Assembly (NCBI RefSeq): GCF_000143415.4
Contig: NW_003314414.1
Location: 57,482-84,117, forward strand
Direction of reading: 5' to 3'
DNA length: 26,636 nt
Origin: Selaginella moellendorffii
Lineage: Eukaryota > Plantae > Lycopodiophyta
In this document: piece by piece, positions 19,001-26,636 of the stretch
How positions within the stretch are numbered: position 1 is the first letter of the stretch
Layout: each line of letters opens with the position of its first letter
Translations under genes and position numbers: made by a program
The notes under the pieces: generated by a model
Seen by the model: only the letters and a program-made list of their open reading frames with translations
The model's database searches: none
What the model was told of the DNA's origin: nothing

Positions 19001-20508
19001 TGCCACATCTTGAGAACTTCTGGTTCGATCCAGTCCCAGTTTTGTTTGTAAAAGGCTGGTGGCATGCCGTCCTCCGCTGGCATCTTGTCGTCCTTGAGGT
19101 CATCCAGGGCGTCCTTTAATTCTCGCAGCGTGAAAGGTCTCATTACTCCGGTGTTCATTGCTGGGGTGTACTTGGTCGGGATATGTTCCAGCACTCTTTC
19201 AAGTTTCTCTTGCCTGACCTCATCCCATGGTTCCTCCTTGAAAAGCTGCGAGTAGTAGTGTTCTGCCATGTTGTGCATGTCATCGATCTCTGTGTGCAGT
19301 TGCCCTTGTTCGTCCTTCAATCCGAACATTGGTGGGGAGATCACTTTAGATCTTATGGATCGATAGAACTCCCTGTTTAGCGCGAGTTCACTTGCGTGCC
19401 ATCTAATGTGTCCTGCTTTTAGGAAGGCTTCCATCTTGTCGGCCTCTATCCTTTCCTGTTGGCGCTTAACCTGGATTTTTTGAGCTTGTAGCCAGGGGTC
19501 GTCCGGGTTGCTGCGAAGGTCAGTGTTGATCGAGGCCAGGACACTCCGAACCTTTTGGACTGTGTTAAAGACACCTCTCCTATCTTTCCGGATCTTGGTT
19601 CGAGCCTTTTGAGCGATTTGAAGGGTGAAGGAGTGTAGGTTCCCCTTGTGTTTCTCCCATTGCTCGTGTGCCCAGTTATTGTTGGCTTGCTCCTCAAAGA
19701 ACTTCTTGGGTATGGCAACTGGCTTCCTTGGACCTCTCGATCTTCGAAAGGGAAGTGTGAGTCTAATTGGATGGTGGTCCGAGAAGTCCGTGTAGGTGTT
19801 GTCGATGTCCAACTTCCCCCCTTGCATGCACAGGTCCATGGTGAGGTAGAAGCGGTCCAGACGACGTTGTATGCCTCTGCGTTGACGTTCTCGCCATGTG
19901 AAACGTGGTTCGTGTGTCACAAACCCCGGGATCTCGTAAGCGTCGCAGGTGCCAATTTGTAAGAGGAATGAGTTCCATGCAAGGCGTTCCGCACGTGTAC
20001 GTCTATCCTGGATTATGCCTCCCTGTTTGTCCTCCTCGTGATCCACGAAATTGAAGTCTCCAGCCAGGATCCAGTCATCGATTCCAGAGGGAAGACGATG
20101 CTGCAGAACTCGGAAGAAGTGTGCTCGTGAGGTGGAGCGGGAAGCCGGGGCGTAGATGTTCAACAGGCCTATGGTTCGGGCATTTACTTTTAACACTATC
20201 ATGTGAGCACGTCCAGGGATTAGGATCTGGTGCGAGGTGCTGAGGGATTGCCATGGTCCTTTGGCGATGATGAGGGTTCCTCCTCGCCTTCCAACTGCAG
20301 GGTTCCAGAAGTGTTCGCCTTGTGAAAACTTAAAGATTGTCTGGTGTTCTTGCATTCTATGCTCCTGGAAACAGAAAAAGTCACACTTTCCTATCACTCC
20401 TTCTAACTGGCGAAGGTATTGTCGTAGCCTCGCCTTCTTGTCATTCCATAGCACTCCGTCTTTACTAATGCCTCCTACATTCCATGACAGCACACTGAGA
20501 TCAGTCAT
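16048..20508 (-). CDS. ORF2: APE endonuclease + reverse transcriptase + CCHC zinc finger (family B, 1486 aa)
   Basis: Motifs SWNV, QEH, NIYAP, GDFNF, RLDRFY, SDH; NWRPISMLN, DFEKAYDRVDW, RQGCPLAP, AFADD, RYLG; CKTCGATETQRHILWEC. Confidence 0.97.
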   Translation of the reverse strand: MTDLSVLSWNVGGISKDGVLWNDKKARLRQYLRQLEGVIGKCDFFCFQEHRMQEHQTIFKFSQGEHFWNPAVGRRGGTLIIAKGPWQSLSTSHQILIPGRAHMIVLKVNARTIGLLNIYAPASRSTSRAHFFRVLQHRLPSGIDDWILAGDFNFVDHEEDKQGGIIQDRRTRAERLAWNSFLLQIGTCDAYEIPGFVTHEPRFTWRERQRRGIQRRLDRFYLTMDLCMQGGKLDIDNTYTDFSDHHPIRLTLPFRRSRGPRKPVAIPKKFFEEQANNNWAHEQWEKHKGNLHSFTLQIAQKARTKIRKDRRGVFNTVQKVRSVLASINTDLRSNPDDPWLQAQKIQVKRQQERIEADKMEAFLKAGHIRWHASELALNREFYRSIRSKVISPPMFGLKDEQGQLHTEIDDMHNMAEHYYSQLFKEEPWDEVRQEKLERVLEHIPTKYTPAMNTGVMRPFTLRELKDALDDLKDDKMPAEDGMPPAFYKQNWDWIEPEVLKMWQETMRAGKWPEGATDGIIALIPKKGDMSHLKNWRPISMLNTMYKIVAKALASRLKPLLPETIKETQNGFVDGRQIVDNLLTVLLAQEHTKDTIEQIAIILLDFEKAYDRVDWKVLQAIMIKQGVPLQFVEWTASLYHSALSRVTINGTMGQSFKLERSVRQGCPLAPYLFLFVADALAYYLARPHGPKGMPLPGCGATLQDMNEASKEDLLSSAFADDTSLIVEGSPENLSNVKSDLDFFNEAMGSKINWHKSVGLWLPPGRPPTWGTALGFKWLDTEETTRYLGFQVGRQYDPEPQNQKAVTKLRDQLKFWASRKLSFSARCVVANSILLGAIWFLAACWNMDRRTIQEMNQLIRTYVWKGSSCVSRGGAKVNWRSVTLPKHEGGLNIIDIEEQCKALLFKIFTRMLMPGHQLWRILLRAQFLKVLPNRNEHTRQNWASDEQWLFSDTKLKMTKAHTFSGKLFKLWRQFKCKLERKPPRTKEQLDRQPIFLSKLFAVQGKTLGASEDRGLDQTCRDLHRAGMRTFAEADTMIQPNQTAHNRDRIRAFYGLIISEHRMRKFQTAFLAAKHACLEQLNLQEDQHHRWWKVDESIVCTLPNMASGLVFEAGQAGRLYPIITPEYKDLPDMSRAKPIRVIQMEKKAANVDPSVPENQYARLYWFRQQTLDELKWDPAEWHWKGTTCKDFFQYETKLGRKLIRVPTRSSLIRKAKAQQISSRNHSHCINKIWKGRWSAKNRYFMWLAQQERLPSLVAIHLPNTACKTCGATETQRHILWECPAAQEVWEGAAAVLKRTSTGGAAITYESALWGSFIQGKTKNPDAWKWRHNEAPHFDQLNQTRTHITHLHQELFDALRGCTLAEIWKARCARLFEDMNPSARATISKVWSRLIVSLAARLDTLIKRGEEGKIVKEKKLWPFFRGRSEAGEEEWTWKPPIWIWQHMFRNEGTCTSPSRQSSTPGTLVAWTSDITGSSTSSTLSPSSHPP

Positions 20509-23500
20509 TGGCCTTGTTTGTAGTGATCCGATCGCGTTCCACCCATGAGAATTCGCGATCTCTCCCTTCTCTCGCGGGGATGACGCCGCTTTTGGTGAGA
20601 AGGGCTGCGTGCAGCTCCATGTTGGTGCCCACGATTGTGGCCTTGTCTACTTCCACATGGTACCTAAGATCCTTGATTACCTCGGACGCTTCCAGAAAGC
20701 TGTGTACTCCATTCTCTGGGAGCTGATCACGCGCCATGTGGAATGTGGGGGTGACATATCCGACCGGAGGGCCACTCCAGAGTGCTAGGTACTTCCGGGG
20801 ACGTGTGTTGCTTACATGGAGCCACAGGTTGACTTTGAGTCGCGTGAACCGTCGGGAGGAGGACGCTCGCCCTCGCGGCACCTGGTCCTCTGATGGGGAT
20901 CTCTCCACTCGTGCTCTTTCCGGGGACGGGGAGCGTTGGACTGTGTGTTGTCCACCCCGCTGGTCGCTTGTCCTCTCAGGTGAAGCTTGTCCGTCCGTCG
21001 GTGTTTCTTCCCTGCGCATTGACACTCTGTCGGACTGTCTCCTAGCTGTTCCTCCTTGAGCCGAAGGGCTTCTCCTTCTTTTTCCCCGGTCCTGCATCGG
21101 CTTAGAGGGTGTCGCTGCTGCTGGGGGTGTCGTCCTAGATTCCTGGATATGGATCGGGTGCACTTTCCCCATGATCCGGATCTTATTCGGGATTGGCGCC
21201 TTTCCAGTGTACAGAACGTGGATGAGTTGGTCCCCTGACTCCTCCCTTGTCGCCCGTTTCCCTAGGTACTGAGCGAAGCCCTCCACCATCATTGCCAGGA
21301 ACACCGGGGTGTTGTCTGTCTCGCACAGGTCCTCGACGAGTAGATCCAGCTCCATTGTTGGGCGGTGAACCAAGTCCTTCTGGCTCGGGGAGAATCCTGG
21401 CGGAAACTTGTAGAAGAACAACTCGTGTGTTGGTCTCGTCACCCTCTGCTTTAGGACCAGGGCTCGCCGGTTTTTCTCCGTGCTCACCTCCACGCTGTAG
21501 CAGTTCCGGCCAAGGAACGTGACTGGTCTCCCCCGGAACGACACTCCTGCCTCTTTGAAACCATCCTCGAGCCCTTCCAGTGCTGCTTGCCGGGCTGGTT
21601 TGTTCCCTTCAAAGATTGCCAGGATCAAGTTCTTGGCTGCCTTGGCTTGACGTTCCTGCAGTTCCATGAGGACCTCGTTCGCCTCCACTTGTAGCTCTCC
21701 TGGGACTGGTGCCGTGACATCCGACATTGCCGGTGCAGCAGCTGAGTGGGGTGAAACGGTCTTCTTCACGTCCATGTCCAACTCTTCCACCCTTGTCCAT
21801 CCGAGATAGAGTACGTCCGACTCCTTCCTCTTCTTGAGCGGGACGGCTGGAATTGCTTTCTCCTTGGTGGTCCCGGTCGAAGCTCTCGGAGCTGGTGTTT
21901 CTGGGACCTTTGTGAGCGCTGGGGAGGTCTCTTCGATCTGATCCCCCTCCGAGTCCCCCTCTTTCCCCTGTCTCTCCTCTGTCACCGCTTGGATGACTCA
22001 TTCCCTCTGCTGTGTGTCCATGAAAAGCGCGCTCAAACCCGGCGAGGCAGAGTGTGAGTCAGGCAGGGTCTGTTGTGGCGTGTTCTCCAGCATTTCGTCC
22101 GCATACTTGCCAATTCCCTCCAAAGCTGATATCGATGGGATCCTTTCAACTGTGAGCGTCCTGGCCGGTGGTGTTGCGTTCAGCGGGGGGGTGATTGTTT
22201 GCTTGGAGGATGAGGCGTCTGAAGCTCCCTTTGGTTTTTTGCCCCCCGTTGCGGTCTGGTTCTTCTTCTTTGTGATCTTGACTGTATCGGCGGATGAGGA
22301 GGGAGCAGCTCGAGTCAGTTCTGGTTCTGGTTCCACAGCTTCGTTGTCCTTCGGGGGCGGCGGTGGGCGCTGCTTGAGCTTGATCGAGAGTCTCGTCCCC
22401 GTGCTTCTCGTTTCTGGTCGAGGCTCCGCCGTAGGTCTCTCCTCATTGTCAGGGGTGTTCTGAGTCGTGTCTGTGCGAGGGGGCTCTTCCAGTTCGTCTT
22501 CCAGTGGTGGACCTCGCTTTCGCATGTTCTTTGTACGCGGCATTTCCTTCTTTGTTCCGGTCCTGTGTTCAGTAAAGAGTTCACGGATCAACGCTACTCC
22601 ACGAGGGTGCTGTGGTGATTCTGCTGAGGTACTGCTGGCAGTTTTTTGAGTCGAAGAGGGGGGTGTATGGGGGGAGGCGTGTGGGGGGTCAAGCCTTGGG
22701 GAAGAAAGGGGAGAGAGATCGACGTGTGATCGCGAGGGTGGAGCGGAGACAAATCGGGGAGCTAGGGGATTGGAAGGAGAACCGACCTCTTGGTTGTTGG
22801 CGTGATGGTCCTCTCCTTTTCTCTTTGCTCTGCTTGCTTTCTTCCGCTCTCCAGTCGCTCTCGAGTTCGATTGAACTTTTCCGAGCAGGGGCAAGTTTAG
22901 GGTTGTTGCTACTGCTCTTGGCGGGGGAGCACGTGGATGCGTGTGATTGGGCGTGCTCCGTCTTAAGTTCGCCTTGGATTTTGGTGATATAACGTGATCT
23001 TGGCGATTCTCCCGCCGTACGTTGTGTTGGTTCGAGGACTGCCCTCTTGATGATTGTCGGGGTGATGGCGACGTGGGGGGGGGAATGTTCCCTGGTGGCA
23101 CGTGGGGGATGGTGACATCATTTTTCTTTTCCTTCGTCGTCTCTCCCTTCTGTTCTGGACCGTGTGATCTTGTCTCAGTTGATCTTAGCCGTGGCTGGGA
23201 CTTGTGCGTGGGGAGGGCCACCGATCCATTGGTTGGGGTTTGCTTCTCGCGATTCAATGGTTGTGATGCTGATCGGCCCGGTACGTGTACGGTCGTCCTT
23301 GTGCGTGGTTTTTTGGTGTTGGTCGCTGTCTGCTCCGGGCCGTTGGATCTTTTTTCGGACGATCCTGACTGTGCTTGGGACTTAGCCATTTCCTGCATGG
23401 GCTTCGTCTGAGCGGGAAGAAATTTTTGATCGGGCAGATCATGGATTCTTGGGGAGGGATGCTCCCGGCCGGGTGAAAAACGATCTGGAGGTGGAACAAT

Positions 23501-23587
23501 TAATCGAAGTCCATACCTGTGTGCCCCTTGCCTTGACGTCTTTTGCAGTTCTGAGGTCCAGGGGAGGACCACGTTTTGCCGGTTCAT
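20501..23587 (-). pseudogene. Family B ORF1 (~1028 codons) split by one in-frame TGA at 21998-22000
   Basis: ORFs 21998-23587 and 20501-21985 are in the same frame: ...CAG AGG GAA TGA GTC ATC CAA GCG GTG ACA.... The combined length matches family A ORF1 and the C-half aligns with it. Confidence 0.8.
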
Positions 23588-24378
23588 GGGTGCTGGAGAG
23601 GACGATCTTTGTGGGTCATTGAGAGCTGTCCCAAGTGCTGCTGGGTATCAATCCAAGTCCATCAGACTGTCCGTGTTCGTCCTTTGCTGCTGCGCCCGCG
23701 AAGTGACCTTCTAGTGTCCTCGTGTTCTAAGGACCAGAACTTGGAGCGATTGGCACTTGTTTTGCTTCTCGGGTGCTTCTGTCCCTTTCCAGTGCTCCAG
23801 GCGTCCCTTCCTCCAGTCAGGCGTGGCCCCCTTCTTGCTTTTGAATTTTTTTTTTTTTTTTTTTCTTGGGGAAAGGGGGGGGGGGGGAGCGGGACTTCTG
23901 CCACTGATCGGTCCGCTGTTGAGTCCTCTTTTTGATCAACCAGGAGGGGCCAAAGAAGATTGTGGACCGTGAAGCCAGCAATCCTATTGCGACTGGTGAT
24001 CCTGGAGCGATCTCTTCACTACCCAAATGGATCCGCGTGGACCTTCTGTTGGGTGGAGCGAGCTTGAACCAGGGGATTCTTGGCGGTGTCAGTCAGCAGC
24101 ACTGTGGGGGGATTAGAACAATGGGGAAGAGATCGGGATCGTTGCAAGGGAAGCGCCTGACCGGCGGGGAGCCGTGGAGAACCGGGACCCTTGCACAACC
24201 AGTACCGAGATCGACAAGTGGGTTCCGCACACTCTAGAGTTCGGCCGTGAACCAAGGCGCCTAGTAGCAGATCCATGGCGAGCAGCTGGGGAGCGAACCA
24301 GGATGCCGTGGGAAGTGGGGGGGATGAGAGCGCCGGAACTTTGAGGAGCGCCTTGCACCTAGGGTTTCCATCCTCTCT

Positions 24379-24395
24379 CTCTAGTCCGACTTTGT
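24379..24395 (+). repeat. Target site / TSD motif CTCTAGTCCGACTTTGT
   Basis: Lies between the 5' end of B and the 3' end of A3. Confidence 0.93.
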
Positions 24396-26636
24396 TAAAC
24401 AGGGCCTTTTATTTTCCAGCAAAAAACCAAAAAACTGGGCATGGTTTCGTTGGGCACAAAACCAGCAAAGAGCCTTTATCTAGAGGAGCCTACAATGGAA
24501 GTACCTACAGAAAGGGGGGTTGCTCGTGAACTGGCGCCCGAAGGTCTTCCTAGATGCGTCACCTGGAACCATTCGTCCGGCGGTGTCCACATCCATTCCC
24601 GAGTACCTGCCTCCCCTTGCTTCCACAAGAAATGCCAGATCTGCGCTTCTTTTTTTGCTTTTTCTGGGCCATTTCTCCCTCCTCTTTTTTCCAGTTGTAG
24701 GACACGGGCTGCTGCTGCAGTTATCATTCTAGTCCACACCCGTGACGCCACCACCCTTGGTCCTTCTTCCCTGTCATTAAAGATTCTGTTGCACCGGGCT
24801 TTCCATACTTCCCACATTGTAATTCCTCGCAGTAGGTCCACTATCTCTGTTGGGATTCCTTCTATGTCTGTTCGAGTTGTGTTAAGCTGGTCAAACCGCG
24901 GTGCCCCTTCTTCTCTTGATGTCCATTTCCAAGAGTCTGTTCCATTTCGCATTCCTGCGGCAGCTTCGCCCCATACTGCCGCTCCATACGTGAGGCACAC
25001 TTGTCTCTGGGAGTGTTGTTGCAGCAACCAGCACGTGCTTCTCCACACGTCTTGTGCGCTTTCACATTCCCATAATATGTGCCTTTGTGTCTCCCTCGCT
25101 CCACATTTGTCGCATGTTTGGTCCACGAGGTGTATGTTCCTTTTTGATGGTAGCCTGTCTTGCATTGTCAACCACATGAAGTATCTTGTTTTTGCTGCCC
25201 AACGTCCTTTCCATAACTCTTTCAATATCTCCTGCTGTGTCTTGTCCTGTATGTTGGCTCGTTTCATCCTTGATACCAGTAGTGAGTCACTGCGCGGCCG
25301 AATGAGCTTTCTCCCCAATCTTGTTTCGTAGGCAAAGAATTCTTCCTTTTTCCTTCCCCGCCAATTCCATTCCGTTGGATCCCAGGCCAGCTCGCTTAAT
25401 TTTTGTTGTCTGAACCAGTACATCCTAGCTACCTGGCCTTCCGTTATCTTCGGGTCCATTGATGCTGTTTTCTTATCTATCCGTATAACACGTATCGGCT
25501 CTGTTCGTGACATGTCCGGTCGTAGGCTCTCCTTGGGCACTTTGTATGGTAATAGTCTCCCAGCCACCCCGACTTCGAACACATAACATTTCGTCTGGTC
25601 TTGAGTTGCCGTGTATATCACCTTTTCCTCGGCTATCCACCAGGCTGGTGTCGTTTCTCTGACTTCCTTAATGCTCTGTTTGCATTTCCCTTGTGCTTCT
25701 TCAAAGGCTGTTTCGAACTTTTTCAGCCTGTGTGCCGAGATTTCCAGCCCATAGAAAACCTTTAGTCTATCTCTGTTCATTTCTGTTTCCCCCGCTTTTA
25801 TCATTGAGTCAGCTTCTGCAAATGTTCTCATCCCAGCACTGTGAAGGTCCCGGCATACTTTGTCTATTCCTCTGTCCGCAGTTTCCCCCAAACATTTCCC
25901 CTTATATTGAAATAGCTTATTAAGAAATATTGGTTGTCGATCCAACTCATAAGTGTTTGTCGGTTTTCTTTTTTCCAACTTGCTCTTGAATTCCTTCCAC
26001 AATCTGAACAGTTTCCCAGAGAATGTATTTGGTTTTGGCATTTTCAGTGTGCCTTCCATGAACAGCCACCTTTCATCTTTTTCCCAGTTTTGCCTCGTGT
26101 GTTCTAGTCTGTCCGGAATGACTTTAAGCAGTTGATGGCGTAGTAGGAGTTTCCATGGTTGGTTTCCGGGCATGTTCATTCGGTGAAAGATTTTGAATAG
26201 CAGCGCCTTGCATTGTTCCTCTATATCTATAATGTTTATCCCCCCATCCTGTTTTGCTCTTGTGACCGAGCTCCATCCAACCTTTGCCCCTCCTCTTGAT
26301 ACTGTTGCTTGGCCCTTCCATACATATGTCCTGATGAGCTTGTTCATTTCTTTTAGTGTTTTCTTGTCCAAGTTCCATGATGCTGCCAGGAACCAGATTG
26401 CTCCTAGCACTATATTATTCGCCACTACACATCTTGCCGAGAAGGACAGCTTCCGTGATGCCCAAAATTTCAGTTGATCTCGAAGCTTTTCGACCGCCTT
26501 CTGATTCTGCGGGAGGGGGTCGTATGCCCGGCCTATTTGGAACCCCAAGTATCTTGTTGTTTCTCCTTGTTTCAGCCACTTAAAATCCCACTCTCTCCCC
26601 CAATTTGGCGGGTCAGAACTTGGCAGCCATATTCCC
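24396..26636 (-). mobile_element. Family A copy 3 (3' portion, continues beyond the window)
   Basis: Near-identical to 7371-9611 (offset 17025), with the same precise 3' end. Confidence 0.96.
24476..26636 (-). CDS. ORF2 C-terminal part (end of RT region, CCHC finger), family A copy 3
   Basis: Translation nearly identical to the copy 2 C-terminus (differences include EGTLK vs EGALK and ADRG vs ADKG). Confidence 0.95.
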   Translation of the reverse strand, partial: GIWLPSSDPPNWGREWDFKWLKQGETTRYLGFQIGRAYDPLPQNQKAVEKLRDQLKFWASRKLSFSARCVVANNIVLGAIWFLAASWNLDKKTLKEMNKLIRTYVWKGQATVSRGGAKVGWSSVTRAKQDGGINIIDIEEQCKALLFKIFHRMNMPGNQPWKLLLRHQLLKVIPDRLEHTRQNWEKDERWLFMEGTLKMPKPNTFSGKLFRLWKEFKSKLEKRKPTNTYELDRQPIFLNKLFQYKGKCLGETADRGIDKVCRDLHSAGMRTFAEADSMIKAGETEMNRDRLKVFYGLEISAHRLKKFETAFEEAQGKCKQSIKEVRETTPAWWIAEEKVIYTATQDQTKCYVFEVGVAGRLLPYKVPKESLRPDMSRTEPIRVIRIDKKTASMDPKITEGQVARMYWFRQQKLSELAWDPTEWNWRGRKKEEFFAYETRLGRKLIRPRSDSLLVSRMKRANIQDKTQQEILKELWKGRWAAKTRYFMWLTMQDRLPSKRNIHLVDQTCDKCGARETQRHILWECESAQDVWRSTCWLLQQHSQRQVCLTYGAAVWGEAAAGMRNGTDSWKWTSREEGAPRFDQLNTTRTDIEGIPTEIVDLLRGITMWEVWKARCNRIFNDREEGPRVVASRVWTRMITAAAARVLQLEKRGGRNGPEKAKKEAQIWHFLWKQGEAGTREWMWTPPDEWFQVTHLGRPSGASSRATPLSVGTSIVGSSR

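Larger units (their letters stand above)
15961..24378 (-). mobile_element. Full-length L1/Tx1-type non-LTR retrotransposon, family B (~8.4 kb)
   Basis: Same architecture as A but clearly diverged in sequence, with an 87-nt 3' UTR and no poly(A). Flanked by the target motif. Confidence 0.96.

Noticed and set aside
24396-26636. Family A copies as pure assembly duplication
   Set aside because: The copies carry distinct substitutions and different neighbours and junction structures, though long-read confirmation is still desirable.

Overview
Eukaryotic DNA, probably from a green plant, made up entirely of a head-to-tail array of non-LTR retrotransposons on the minus strand. The order is family A (partial, 1-~5230), a ~2.1 kb non-coding element C (5259-~7339), full-length family A (7371-~15899), full-length family B (15961-~24378) and family A (partial, 24396-end). 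A and B are L1/Tx1-type elements with an ORF1 and an ORF2 (APE endonuclease, RT, CCHC finger). Every junction carries the motif (C)TCTAGTCCGACTTTGT, once extended to CTCTAGTCCGACTTTGTGAAA. I recognise this from memory as plant-type 25S/26S LSU rDNA, downstream of the R2/R1 sites. The window therefore looks like a sequence-specific, probably rDNA-targeting system inserting antisense to the rRNA, with two diverged autonomous families and a non-autonomous partner. All three lack poly(A) tails and share a covarying 3' stem-loop plus a putative H-type pseudoknot. A and B also share an 8-nt ORF1/ORF2 overlap and a C-terminal ORF1 domain resembling a catalytically dead NUDIX fold. No database searches or folding programs were run.
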